A DNA stretch of 64,000 nucleotides from Vicugna vicugna (lineage: Eukaryota). The DNA is taken from positions 4,319,003-4,383,002 of the forward strand of contig MU058065.1 in assembly GCA_013265495.1 (NCBI GenBank). The letters run 5' to 3'. The notes below the pieces were generated by a model. The model did not search any database and was not told the origin of the DNA. It saw nothing but the letters and a program-made list of their open reading frames with translations. The position numbers and the translations under genes are program-made. Position 1 is the first letter of the stretch. The number at the start of each line of letters is the position of its first letter. Shown here in pieces: positions 25,161 through 37,536 of the stretch.

Positions 25161-26519
25161 TTTTACTTTTTTTTTTCTTCAAATTACTGACGTTACTATT
25201 ACTATTTATTACTAATATCTGAGAGCCACTCTGTGCTACTGGTGATCAATAAGATATTTGTATTTTTGTGAAGTCACACAGGGCAAGGCCTCAGCAAAAC
25301 TGTGAAATATTTTGTTCATTTGTTTATTTCCAGCTCTCTCCCCTCCACATCGTGCTGTTCTTAGAATAAAGGAACAGGTCAAATAAACCCAAGGACTATT
25401 GCCGTAAGAAAAGAGACAGTCATTAAAAAGTTAAAAAAGAGACCAAAAGAAAACTATGGAGAGATTCTGGCTGAGGACAGTTCTGCATGACAGTCAAATA
25501 CAAAGTTAAGTTCTGAGTTTGCTAATAGCTTCGGAGGAAAAAGAGATGGTGGGAAATTGGGAAGTAGGTTCGGTGTGCATCCCCTGTCCCTCCTGCTGTC
25601 CTATTGTATTTTCTCCTCTCAAAATTTGCTCCAGAGAGACCCTGAATCCTAATAATAACGTAAGTTAGTAACTCCCTCCGAGAGGATTTCCACTTGAACT
25701 CACTGGAGACCACGAGAGCTTGCTTTCCTGCTAGAAAGGACTCCTGATGTTAGTGCTTTGTGGGCTGGAGAGAGAGTTTTGTGTTTTTTAGTGTCAGTTT
25801 TGGATGGGGAGGTCTCGCGTCAGAACGGAGGCCCTTGACCTTGCCTGCCCGGTAGAATCACCTGGGGAGGTTTTAAAAATCCCGAATTCCAGGCTGCAGT
25901 CGACACCAATTTCTTCAGAATCTTTGGATGGAGTACCCAGGCACAAGTCCTTTTGAAAGCTTCCCCACTTATCCCCCTTGGGTAGCCAAGATGGACAGCC
26001 ATGGAGCCAGAGGAATAGACATAACCCTGTGCAAAGCATTTATGTGGCAAGATTTATGAGAAAGCCATTTAATCCAGGAAATAAGAATACCTAGATTTTT
26101 CAAGTCTTACTCTATACCTAGTTCTACTTACATACACTTCTAAGCTTTACAGCATCAAGGAGTGAGTATTTTAATGCACATTTTGCAACGAGGAAAGAGA
26201 AAGTTGTAAATAACACAGTAAGTAAATGAGTGCTGAATCAATTGGATTTCTGATTCCTAAGCCAGAGCCCTTTCCAATAAGCAACATTGCAGAGAAAGAT
26301 GGAATCTGCTCTTTGTGTCCTTTCCTTGGGCCTTATTTGCATCAGTGCCTGACTGTTCTATTAGCTATCAGTGCCTGGGGGGCATTCAGGCCACTGGAGG
26401 GAGAGAGGTCCATGGATGGCCTTCACTCTAATGTTTCCAAACCCCCTGAGGCCTTTGGCCATCCCAACCCAGACTGATCAGCCGGAATAGAAGGCACACA
26501 TATCTGGGCTTCGATGGAC

Positions 26520-26645
26520 AAACCTGTCAGAAGACAGACTTGCGAATGGCGCGCCAGGTTCTCTGGCTGTAATTAAACAGAGCTTTGCCTGACAGGTTTA
26601 GCCTGTCAAGCAAGACTTGCCTGCGCCCGTGCCAATGACAAGCTT
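26520..26645. promoter_or_regulatory. Candidate enhancer with inverted TGACAG pair and TAATTA
   Basis: ttgcctgacagg-tttag-cctgtcaagcaa (26585-26613), TAATTAA at ~26570, CTGTCA at ~26524, TGCCAA at ~26630, CpG retention. Confidence 0.4.
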
Positions 26646-26874
26646 GAATGAAAAGTGGGAGCAAGCTCAGGGACCTGAAGATGGTTTCAGCTCTTCTCAT
26701 CAGACGCCGGTTGACTCTTTTACCAGGAAAGCCCTCTTTTGCTAAAACAGAATGCAAACACCATCATGTTTTATTATTAGCTCATGCACGGAAAAAATTG
26801 CTGGGTGGATCCAGTTCTCCCGGTAGAGCCCTGACCTTCAAGCCTGTATGTCTGTACGCGTATGTGCACTCATG

Positions 26875-27235
26875 TCTTCATTCATTCATTGTTCATTCAT
26901 GCATTCATTTGCCTACTCATTAATTTGATCACATCCCATATTTATTGAGCGCTTGCCATGTGGCAAGTACTGTGCTAGATTCCGGATATTCTTCAGTTAG
27001 CAAGACAAAAATGGTCCTGTGGCCACGGAACTTTCAGGACAGGGAAGGAGGGGAGAGCACATAAGTAAACAAGTAAATTACATGTCTTCCCCACAAAACA
27101 ATTCCTTGTGGTAGAGGCTATTAAAGAAGAACATAGGTATTATGAGCAAAGAGAGATTAAATTTTTGATGGATGGGGGTAACAACGTGTAGGGCTATGTC
27201 TGGGAAGTCTTCTCTGAGAACGTTATATATGAGGT
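26875..27235 (-). mobile_element. L2 LINE 3' end
   Basis: (ttca)n-like tail followed by tatttattgagcgcttgccatgtggcaagtactgtgctag...caagacaaaaatggtcctg. Confidence 0.75.
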
Positions 27236-27559
27236 AAAATATAATTTTGCAACTCAGCAAACATTTTTCTTTTGTATCATATTGTCGTCAACTATTTACC
27301 TAATTCTTTTCTCCCTTTTATCAAGAATGTCAATTGCATACACATTTTTCTTAGCCTTCCTCCTTACTTTTCATATGTAGATCATTGAGCTAAGAGTTAT
27401 AGGTTGCTGTATTCAGAAAAATACAGCCCAGCAGCCTACAGAGGATCAATGGAAACTGAATCTCACTATTTATTTGTATAAATTACCCTTTGGTCGCCAT
27501 GATTGTTTTATTTGGGGAATGCACTTTATCACTTCAGACCTTGTTTATATTTATTACCC

Positions 27560-27720
27560 AGTTGATTTTCACCAGCAGACCAGCAGGGTACATCATCTCT
27601 CTGTTAAACGGTGAGAAACGATGATTCTGTAGCATCAATGTCTTGTCCAAGGTCACACACTAGTGAGTACCAGAGAGAAGAGGGGAACCAAAGGGTTTTT
27701 TTCTCCTAGACCAGGATCTT
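27560..27720 (-). mobile_element. MIR fragment
   Basis: ggtgagaaac...cttgtccaaggtcacacactagtgagt. Confidence 0.6.
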
Positions 27721-27944
27721 TCATGCACAGAGGGAGTTCCAAAATTCTCTCTTTCTCACCTCTTGCCCTTCTCCCAACCCAGCCTCCCCAAAGCACACAC
27801 AGTTTTCTCTCTGGTTCAGAGTATTTAGGGGAAAGATTCAGAGGCTTAATTTCCCTTGTGCATTACCATGGATGCAGGAGAATCTACCCGGCCCCTGTTT
27901 CAGATTCAGTTCTCCAACCTACAGTTAATAAGTAGATAAACAAA

Positions 27945-28280
27945 TAATCAAGTTCATTATATATGTATTGGTTTTCTACTGCGTATAAGATGCTGCTCGA
28001 GGCACTAGTGATACGTTACTGAGCAAATAGACAGGAATCCCTACCCTCATCAAGTTTACACTCTCCCAGGGGAGGCAATCAATAAGTAAGTTGTCAATAT
28101 ACACAGCATGTTGGATGGTGTGCTATTGAGAAAAATAAAACAGAAAAGAGAATTAGGGAACACTGTGGAGAAAGTGTTGAAATTTGAAACAAAATGGTCA
28201 ACAATGGCCTCCCTGAGAATGTGCTATTTGTGTAGTCGTGAGGTCACCTGTGGAAGAACGTTCTAGGCAGAGGGGACAGA
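27945..28280 (-). mobile_element. L2 fragment
   Basis: tattgg...ctactg...ggcactagtgatac...agacaggaatccctaccctca...agtttaca...ggaagaacgttctaggcagaggg. Confidence 0.65.
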
Positions 28281-28577
28281 GGCTAAGCCATTGGCCAAAG
28301 TGCAGGACTCATTCGACGCGTCCCACTCTTGAACTCTGTTTTTCCAAAGGCACAGTATTAAAAATGCTGGTTAGATACACTCGAATTCATATTCTTAAGG
28401 ATTAATTTTTATATTCAGTTTCATTTGGGGTTAAACACCCTATTGTGGGCTGTCCAGAAAGCCAAACCACCATGAATAACGTTTCCATGGGAAAATGTTT
28501 TCTGAGTTTCAACCCGCTGACTTACAAGTGAACTTAGGAACAGAGCTGGTTAGTAAGTTGAGAGCTGGCTGTGTTAG

Positions 28578-28607
28578 TTAAGGAGCATTAAGGAGCATTA
28601 AGGAGCA
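28578..28607. repeat. (TTAAGGAGCA)3 perfect tandem repeat
   Basis: Three exact 10-bp units. Confidence 0.9.
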
Positions 28608-28617
28608 ATCTCCCTAC

Positions 28618-28818
28618 CACGGCTCCCTCTTTGGGCTGGGATAGGATGCCATGGACGAAGCTCCCGACATTCTTTTTCGGTACTTGTCCTCTCTCTAGTC
28701 TCTTTGGTTCCAACCTGTATTTTCCTTTTTCCCCACAGGGCTTCTCTTTTGCCCTTAGATCTTTGCATAATCCTTCATGAAGCCATATTGAAAGCCCTTG
28801 ATTCCTCTTATTCTTCTC
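28618..28818 (-). CDS. Candidate internal exon (EKNKRNQGLSIWLHEGLCKDLRAKEKP...SQPKEGAV)
   Basis: Acceptor gcttttctgaag|GAG, donor GTG|GTAGGG, 201 nt, phase 0/0, open. Confidence 0.33.
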
Positions 28819-29834
28819 CTTCAGAAAAGCTGCTGTCTCTCTCACCTTAATTGTAGTGTCTCAGAGATTTCCCAAGGCTTTTTTCCATGCACGTGGATTT
28901 ATTTGTCTTGTTCACTGTCTGCTTTTGGCAACTGCAGTGCATTTAATGCCAGTAATGAGCATTGCACCTGGAAAATTCTGAGCACCTCACAAATAGATTA
29001 ATGAATATACATTGTATGTTTTTATGAAATTAATGACTACCTGCATGCCATGAAATGGTGAATTCTTGAAGATTCTTTTCTCTGTAGGAACACTACGCTG
29101 TCAGTTTGAAACTGACTGTACGTGTTCATAAAAATAATCAGCTAGACTGATTTTCTTTTTCTCTTCAACTCTGCCTTCTGTTCCTTGAAGGTGGGATGGA
29201 TAACAGTTTCACATCCACAGAGAGACACAAGGAGAATTCATAAAGCTGTAGCATTAGAATAACAAGTGAAAGGGAGGTGGTGTTTGGGGTACCTGTATAC
29301 CAGAGAGACTATTGGGGATTATTGTGTGAGTTTGCCTTTCGGATTTGCCTGTGTCTGCATGGAAGAATCATATATATACATACACCCAAACCAGTGGACA
29401 GTCTTTTCTTTATTCTCACTTTACTTACACAGGGAAACGGTTGGGTCAGATACAAGACTGTGGCTTGGCCAGATAGCAAAGCCGTGAGAATAAGAATAGT
29501 TCACGGGCTGTGAGCATTTGATATGGTCCAGGCACCGTGTTTAATGTGCATAAACCCTTTTTCTTCACAGTATTCTAGGTAAGCCCCTGGACACAGAGTT
29601 TAGGTAATTTGCCCCCAAACCACCCAAATAGTTGAGTCAAGATTTGACCCAAAGCAGTCTGATTGCACGATGCAAACTTTTAATTACTACCCAACACTAC
29701 TGTCCATGGAAAGTAAAGGAAAATAGATTTGCCATTTTCTCTCGTTTACCTTTATTATGGCTTGGGACCCTCTTATCACCCTTAATGGAGAAATCAAACC
29801 CCTAACCACTTTATTGGATCACAGATACAAGCTG

Positions 29835-29995
29835 GTTGCTGGTTCTCTAACTAGCGTGCATCAGAATGAGCTGGAGGACTTGTGAAAACGCAGAGTCCTG
29901 GGCCTGCCCCAGAGTTCACATTCTGTGGGCACTAGCAAGTTTCCCAGCTGATGCTGGTGCTGCTCAACTGGGGTGCAAACTTTGAGAACCGCTGG
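29835..29995. mobile_element. MER5A
   Basis: tggttctc...gcatcagaat...ctggaggacttgtgaaaacgcag...caagtttccc...gatgctggtgctgct...actttgagaacc. Confidence 0.75.
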
Positions 29996-30251
29996 TTAGG
30001 GGCTCCCAGTGGACCCTCAGAGATGAGTAGCATTCATCATTGCAATGCATCGTGCAGCATTTTCTGCTTTCAAAGCACTGTGTCTATGTTGCCTCAGCTC
30101 CTTACAGCAGGGCTGGGCTTTATCTTGGGCAGGGGTCACCTCCATTCTATGGAGGACGGGGTAGAGGTGCTGTGACAGGAAGCAGCGCCTTCCTGTTGCA
30201 GAGCAGGTAAGGGGCAGAGCTGGAACTGAGGCACCTCGCTTTCCACTCTAC

Positions 30252-30397
30252 CCTGTTCATGCTTGAACGAGAGTCCAACAACTGTCCATCCGCAGCACAT
30301 GGTGCACAAACTGGTTTGTCCACTTTTCTTTTCAACTCAAGCTCGTTGTAGGAATGATTGAGCTGCGGGGAGCGGGAGGGGGAGGCGGAAGTCATCT
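30252..30397 (-). CDS. Candidate internal exon (xMTSASPSRSPQLNHSYNELELKRKVDKPVCAPCAADGQLLDSRSSMNR)
   Basis: Acceptor ctttctccttttgagccag|AG, donor AGG|GTAGAG (modest), phase 1 to 0, open, CpG-retaining. Confidence 0.35.
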
Positions 30398-31071
30398 CTG
30401 GCTCAAAAGGAGAAAGTGTGTCTCAAGAGGCACATATCTGAGCACAGAGGAGGGCGGGCCAGTGTGTCTCGGCAAACAAGATCTCAACACTTACATCCAA
30501 ATTAGAGGTCTCCGAACTTGAGTTGGGCTAGCTAATATTTCTTTTCCCTTCCAGGTTTGCTGAGCTTATAAATACCAATTATAAGGCTGAGTAAATTACA
30601 GGGATGTTGAACTTTGAATTGTTGTAGCACTTTAAGGTGTCTCTTTAGGGATAAGAAGGAGATTGTGAAAATCTGCTGAAGGAAATCTCACACATATTTA
30701 TAGATAATTAATACAGTGAGCGGAAACTGAAAATCAGCCCTGAATTTTTTAAAGCAGTAATTTAAAAGTGCATTATGGCAACATAATTAAGTTAGCAGTT
30801 ATTCAACAAGGAAATGTGAAGATTATTAAGCTAATTAAAGGTAATAAAAACAAGTGAGGGTATTTAGCATATAACTTTGAGATTCAAAAGGGGAAAAAAA
30901 ACCCCCAAAAACCTTTGTTTATTCCTACTACTAGGCAAGACACAGATGGCAAGTCATATATTGATAAGTTACTGAATTTTTATGTAATAAGAAGAGGGGA
31001 CTGTATAAAAATATACTCCCTGGAGAAGCACAAAAAAAAGTACAAGGAGATATTTCTGTGTAACTCTAGAC

Positions 31072-31338
31072 CCTTTAGCGGGCCCCGATGAGCACACATG
31101 GGCTTTCTCTTTCTCGCTGAGGGATGAGTGATCGCCGCTTTGGGAACTTGATCTTGGAATACTTTCTCCAATATATCTGATCCCACTAGGCTCTCAGATC
31201 CTGTGGACTCTTTCCTGATCTTTAGTCTTTCTTCCACTTCAATGTTATATGACAGCGATTTAGAGGATGGTTTCTTATGCTTGTCCTCACTTTGAGATCT
31301 CGTTCTCTGCATGGAGCCACTATTGATATAAAATGGAC
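31072..31338 (-). CDS. Candidate internal exon (GPFYINSGSMQRTRSQSEDKHKKPSSKSLSYNIEVEERLKIRKES...)
   Basis: Acceptor cttcctgcttgctgtgtgcag|GT; long open charged frame; the 3' boundary (AGG|GTCTAG) is weak and uncertain. Confidence 0.38.
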
Positions 31339-34051
31339 CTGCACACAGCAAGCAGGAAGCTGAAATTGCTGGTGAGAGAAGAAATAGACACGGCTCTCCG
31401 GCAGATGCTTCAGCTAAGTGTGCTCAGCTCTGTGGGGTTTACGAGTTTCTTTGGGGAAAAATAAAGAAAGAGAAGGGCAGGAGAACATCAAAGGTGATGA
31501 CTGGAGAATAAAAAGAAATAATAATAATAACATTTGCACATGCAACAGAAGAATGTATTTCCGTCCAGATGTTTGTTTGGTGGTTGGTTTACCAGTTATT
31601 GGGGAGGAAGGGGTTGGCCACAGGAGGGAATGGCCAGTCTCCAAATTAACCATACCTGTGTCTGCCAGCATGATGAAACCAATTATTAAATGCTTCTGGG
31701 AGAAGTCTTGGGGGTGTTTATTGCAGCACAGGACTTGGCAAATTCAAATTAAAACTGGTTCAGGATTATTAATTCTGGTAGAGGACCCTTATAAAATTTA
31801 TCACCAAGCAAACTGGGGTGTGCACAGTTAAACGGGGGCAAAGGGCAAAGCTTATCACAAGGAGACTTGTTCAGTTGATCAGACAATTGGGGCTCAAGTA
31901 GGACAAAAACTAACAAACAGTCTATCAAAAAAGTTCCAGTTTGTCTGTAATCCACCCATATACAGGAAGAAGAGGCTATAGGCGTACAGGTAAATGTAGG
32001 ATCTTGTACTCCAAAGTCGTCAGATTATTTTAGTTCACTGGTTTCCACATTAACTCTTTAAGAACTCAACCTTTCCTAAAAACAAAGGGGAAAAAATCAT
32101 CTTAAAGAGCAATTTGATCCCACACTTAAATTAAGAGAAGGAATTAACGTTGCCAGATATTTGGCTAATGATTATGCAAATTGTAAGTCAGATTTCTATA
32201 ACCTTTGTTGTAAGATTCTAAATAGGGGAGAATTTCTTTGGAAAGCTAGCCCATTTTTATCAGCAAGGTCATACCAGGAATTTTAGGAGGACAAGTGAAA
32301 AAATGACTTCCTCAAGCAAAAGGGATCCTTTTAGGTCATCAGGATGAATTGCTTGAAAGCTTCAAAGCAGCCTTGGTTCTCATTACTGGAGCCCGCCTTT
32401 ACAAGAAATGCCTTTTTTCAATTATTTTCACTTTTCATTAGAAGTCTTTGCAGTTGTTGCTCACCTCATTAGGTTCACTAAGATGCGATGCCTTTAATTT
32501 CCATCTTGTAATTTGTGGTAAATTGTTAGACATTAAACCTGGCTTTTTTTTTTTTTTTGAGTCTATGATTTCTGAAGGTTTTCACAGCCCTGCCTCCATA
32601 AGAACCAGTTACCTCGGTGAAGAGGGTGCACATTAATAAAATTAACATCATTGGTAACTTAACTAGTCTTGATGATCAGATTTTTGTTCTGAGAGGTTGT
32701 CCAGGTCATGGAGCCATCCAAGCGTCGAAGCACTCATTACCAGATGCTTTCTGGAAACAGATTCTGCCTGCTTGTAAAAAGTCCCTCCTGGTCCAGCCTC
32801 CACTTTCATTCCCTCGTGATCAGCTGGCTAATTGAACGCTTTCTCTCAGGAGATTTTTCTAATTCTCAGCCAAAACTTTCCTCTGTTAATTTATACCATT
32901 TATTTGGTGCGTGCTCCCTCTAGGTGTTTGGAGCCTTTTATCTTTTTGCCCCTTGGCTATTGCTTACTCAGTTTCCTTGATTTGACTCCTTTCATCTTTT
33001 CTCATCAGTCAATCACTTCCAATCCCCTCATTCCTTTAATCATCTCCTTTGAACTCAGTCCAAGTTTGGGGGTATTCAGGTACCCAAGACGCACGCAACG
33101 CAGTAGTCTGGGTGTGATCTCGCCACAATCACTTGGACTAAGAAGGGGAAAGAGCAATCTTGAATGCATCTTAAATTCGGTATAATTTCCATTTCAAAAA
33201 CAGTCTGTCCCCGCCCCCACCTCCTTTCTTGTGTGTCTCTGTCTTTTCCTTCTTCCCGGGTTTTTCTCATTCGACGTAAAGCACTAGAACGCAGAGTTTT
33301 CCTGTCAGCACATGCCCCATAACAGGCCGACTGTTCCCACCTACAAAGCTGGGGGCATCCTGGGACCTCAAGCAAGGCTGTGTTTCTGCGAAGTCACTTC
33401 ACCAGTGTATATAGCACTAGCATGAATGGATGATGAATTTCCAGGTAAGCTGCCCTTCCTTTCTCCTGCCTCCTCATCAGTCCTACAGAGACTGGAAGGA
33501 GCCATGGTGTGGACTGATCACCAACAGTCTAGCAAACACGGCAAAGCTGTTGCACATTGTTGCTAGATCCTGGCGTTTTCTGAGATGCCTTAGTAAATGT
33601 TTCAAATATAATCTTGGTCTCAATTGAAGTAAACCCCAGGGCTTGCAGCAGGGCTGGGCGGCACAGAGGTGGGAAGGATGGTACGGGCATTGCTGTGACT
33701 GGGAGGAGGGAGAAGCTGACCATTCTCACGTCACCCTTAATCCCCACATCACCAGGGCCTGAAGTTGTACTAAGATTAGGGAATGTCAGAAACGTCCTGG
33801 CAAAAGACAAGGCTCTGCACAATTGTCATTTAGGTTGAAGCATGAGAACCTTGCCACTCGTTAGAGCAGATCCACCAGCTGTGCATCGTGGGATCCCACT
33901 AAATCCACTGCCTTTTCCCAGTGAAGGAGCCCTGCAGCTTTAGCCCCTTCATTCGCTGAGGGGCTGAGTTTTTCATTTTCACAGTTCAGCCTCTCTCCTG
34001 GTAATAAACTACCCTGAATTGGACTCCTAAGTTCATTTGCATTTTCTCTTT

Positions 34052-34178
34052 TTTTAAAAATTATTTTTCATTGAGGTATATAGTCAGTTGCAATATGTCA
34101 GTTGCAATGTGTCAATTTCTCATGTACAGCATAATGTTTCAATCATACATTCACATACCTATATTTGTTTTCATATTC
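34052..34178 (-). mobile_element. Short L1 3' end insertion
   Basis: attgaggtata..agtcagtt...tgtgtcaatttct..tgtacagcat; TSD ttgcattttctcttt (34037-34051) / ttgcactttctcttt (34179-34193). Confidence 0.8.
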
Positions 34179-35197
34179 TTGCACTTTCTCTTTGTATTCT
34201 TCCTTCTCTCCTGTTATGGACGTGTGGAACCATGACAGGAGATTAATACTGAATGAGAACTTTTCCCCTGTTACATTTCACCTGCTCACTTTTGCCTTTT
34301 ATTTTCTTATTTTTTCCTCCAAGACTTATTTTTGTTTGGCAAAAACTGGCCAGGTTAATTTGACAAAGGATTCCTTGCTGAGCTTAATGGAGTTTCCTGC
34401 CCATGGGTGACCTGCTCTTCTACTGACTGACATTTGTCACTGAGTGATTGTGAATGTTGATCTTGCTTCTTTTAGTGATGAGAGAACAGTGTGCCTTCAG
34501 GTCAGTATCCATCCTAACCACAACAGAAGGTAAGCTTCATTCTCAGACAGAAAGCAAGGCATTTGTTCAAAGACGAAGAAAACATAAAAGGGGATGAGGC
34601 TAAGGATGGAGACAGTTTCTGGGCGTTCACAGGTAAGCTGATACTTTGAGATTCTTGGAGATTAGTGTTCTATCAAACAGCAGAATATCTTTGGCAAGAA
34701 GAAACCTAAGGGATTAATGGCAGGGTGAGGTTTGGGGAGTTAACTGCCTGGGTATGGGGGACAGATGTGTACAGAGGGTGTAAAAGTCATTCTTCTTGGA
34801 GCTGGGAAAAGTTTAGACATTCTGGGGATTGAGCCAGCTAAATTTTATTTTAAGCCTTTCAAATCACAAGATTACAACAAGCATGAACAAGTTTAATTAT
34901 AGTAGATGGAAGGTTAAAAACCACACACATTTACACTGACTGTGCACACACACACATACACACACAAACATAGCAGCTCTTTTTTTTTTTTTTCCCTGGG
35001 GAATTCATGTTACTGCTAATTGCTTAGGGGTAAAGATTTGTTGGAGCAATAGCAGAATTCACTGGCGTACACTATAAACAATATGAAAATAATCAAAATG
35101 AAGTTAACATTGACACTAAACTGATACCTCGAAGAGAGCAAATGAGAGAAGAAAAACAGCATTGGAGAGTACGTATGGATTCTAGCTGATTCTAAGC

Positions 35198-35292
35198 AGT
35201 GTGTGTGTGTGTGTTGTGTGTTGTGTGTGTGTGTTGTGTGTGTGTTGTGTATGTGTGTTGTGTGCATGTGTTTGTTGTGTGTGTGTGTGTGT
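35198..35292. repeat. Compound (TG)n/(TTGTGTG)n microsatellite
   Basis: Directly visible. Confidence 0.9.
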
Positions 35293-35464
35293 CTGCACAT
35301 GCAATAACGCGAGTATGAATTAAGAAATTCAGTCATGAGGTAGAAAAATAAATGAAGCTTCAACAAAATGTATTTGGGGTAAGACAGCAGATTGGTTTTA
35401 GGAATAATACAGAGACAGACACCAAACTGTAAGCTCCAAAATTGAAAGAGTGGTGTTTTTTCTG

Positions 35465-35925
35465 TTCCCTATTACAGTGTAACAGACCATGCCACAACTT
35501 ACTGATTTATTTTTTGGTATTGCCCACAATTCTCTGTTACCTGGATTCAGTTGGGCCTCTCTGCTGCAACTTGTAGCAATAGCTGAGGTCATGCACTTGG
35601 CTGCATTCAGCTGGGGGCATACCTGGAGCTGGAAAGTCCAAGACAGCCTACCCAGAGTGCTTGGGGCTCTGCTGGGGGCCGCTGGAAGGCTGAGACCTCC
35701 CCTCCTCTAGGTGATGTCTCTGGCAGGGTAACTGAGCCCCTTTACAGAGGGGCTCAGAGCTCACGGAGGGTAGAAGCAGAAGCTACCAGGCCTCCTGAAG
35801 GCTCAGCTGGCCCTGTTTCACGTGCTCCTCATTCTCGTGGCCAGAGTGAGTCACGAGGCCAGCCCAGATTCCAGGGGAGGGGAAAGAGAGCTCACTCCTG
35901 ATGGGAGAAGTGGCCGCCAGGGACA
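35465..35925 (-). mobile_element. MLT1 (MaLR) LTR, MLT1H-J type
   Basis: ctattacagtgtaaca...cacaattct...ggctgcattcagctgg...gtcacgaggccagcccagattccaggggagggg...tcctgatgggagaagtggc. Confidence 0.7.
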
Positions 35926-37357
35926 GGCACCGTTGGAGCTGGTGGCCTCTGTCTTGTAAGCACATGGAGTCCAAGGGAGGGGTAGGAAACACGAACTCTC
36001 CTCTGGCTTCCAAATAAGTAGTCTCTTCATGTGTGAGATGGAGTTGGAATTTCTGTTCTACTCACAAAATCCTCATTTCAGGTTCAGGCTGAGAAATGAA
36101 ATTAGTTGCCTTCGTGGATTAACACTCCCATGCCACTCGAAAGCTTCCTTAAACTCCAGAGAGTCACTGGACTGGGGTCATGGAATGGCTACTGTTTTGA
36201 TAGCCTAACCTTATGGTTTTCCTCCAGCTGACAAGTGGTCAGAGAGATTTAAATAATTTTAATTATGTTTCCCATTTTCACCCAATTTGTGGCCGCTGGA
36301 TCAGCCAACCAATTTAGGAAGACTAAATACTGTAAAGACCACTGTTCCATTTTTCATTTTTTTATTATCACAATTACATTGAAATAGGAAAATCTTATAC
36401 GATTGTTTGCTTTATTGATAGCTTTAGTCTCTTCTTTCTTATATATTTAAATCTTTAGTTGAATAATAAAAACTTGCTAAGACACTTGATTGCAATATGA
36501 AGTTATCAGGACTTTGCTTTGGCTGTGACCTGCTCAGGATTAATTTTATAATTCTCTTTGGAAATCTATCTTCTGTTAAATTAACGTATATTTATTGAAT
36601 GTCTGCCTTGTACACTATAGTGTATTTTTTTAAGGGCACAGATATTCTATCAAGAAGTTGTATCATTTAGACAGGTCTTTGGATAACAACCCAGGTAGAA
36701 ATCACAACCCCACATAATCATCAAAGCAGATTGCAAAATACATATGTTGAAAAACTTGACCTAGTTGCTAAAAAATGAATTGACAAAAAATAATATATTC
36801 TGTGGCAAATACAAATGTTGTCTTTGTGTCTTCTCAACAGTTAAAAATGCATTTTATCCCATGGGAGGCCATAGATTTTCCTAGAGACTAAAGAAAATAT
36901 GGAAAATAAAAGATCGTCAAGGGATATGTTAAACATAATGAAACTATTTATGACCCATAATTCTGTGGTAGCAAATACTTGTAGAGTTTATCTTTTGATA
37001 CATTAATGTGAGCTATTCAATGGCAGGTTATTACTGAAAAGTGAACAACCATAAAGTTAAATATATATACATATATATATATAAAACAATCAACATTATT
37101 TTAATCCATCCCAGAGTTGTTTTTTTTTAAAGTGTGTTGTGGGAAATGGAAGTAAGAATGAGCATAGAGGATAAAATATACATTTTTTTATTTTACTTAT
37201 TCACTTTTAAGGAAAAAATAATATAATCATAAGTCAATCATTTCTATAGCCATTTTTAAAAAATTCTAAAATCTTCATTACATCTTAAAATAATTTTTCC
37301 TAACAAGAAGCCATATCTCAACATCTTAAAAGGTGAATTCTTTCATATCAGTTAGAA

Positions 37358-37536
37358 TTCAGTAAACTACAGCCCACAGGTCACATCCCTCCCGCCATGC
37401 TTGATCTCGGTTATTATCAACGGCTGCTTTCATGAAACCACAGCAGACTAGCTTTGACAAAAACAAAGGCTGTAGACTGCAGTGCTGAAAATGCTTAGTA
37501 TCTGGCTCTTTACAGAAAAAGTTTGCCAACCCCTGA
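37358..37536. mobile_element. MER58A
   Basis: aaactacagcccacaggtca...ggctgctttca...tatctggctctttacagaaaaagtttgccaacccctg. Confidence 0.8.

Noticed and set aside
28578..28607. Short direct repeats as a possible CRISPR-like array (also 149-212)
   Set aside because: No spacers, no cas genes, mammalian context; these are simple slippage duplications.
31072..31338. Calling the gene UBN1 or UBN2
   Set aside because: Only a 6-residue identity; the surrounding exons do not resemble ubinuclein sequence as I recall it, so no gene symbol is assigned.
35016..35366. His/Thr-rich ORF
   Set aside because: Translation of a (CA)n microsatellite.
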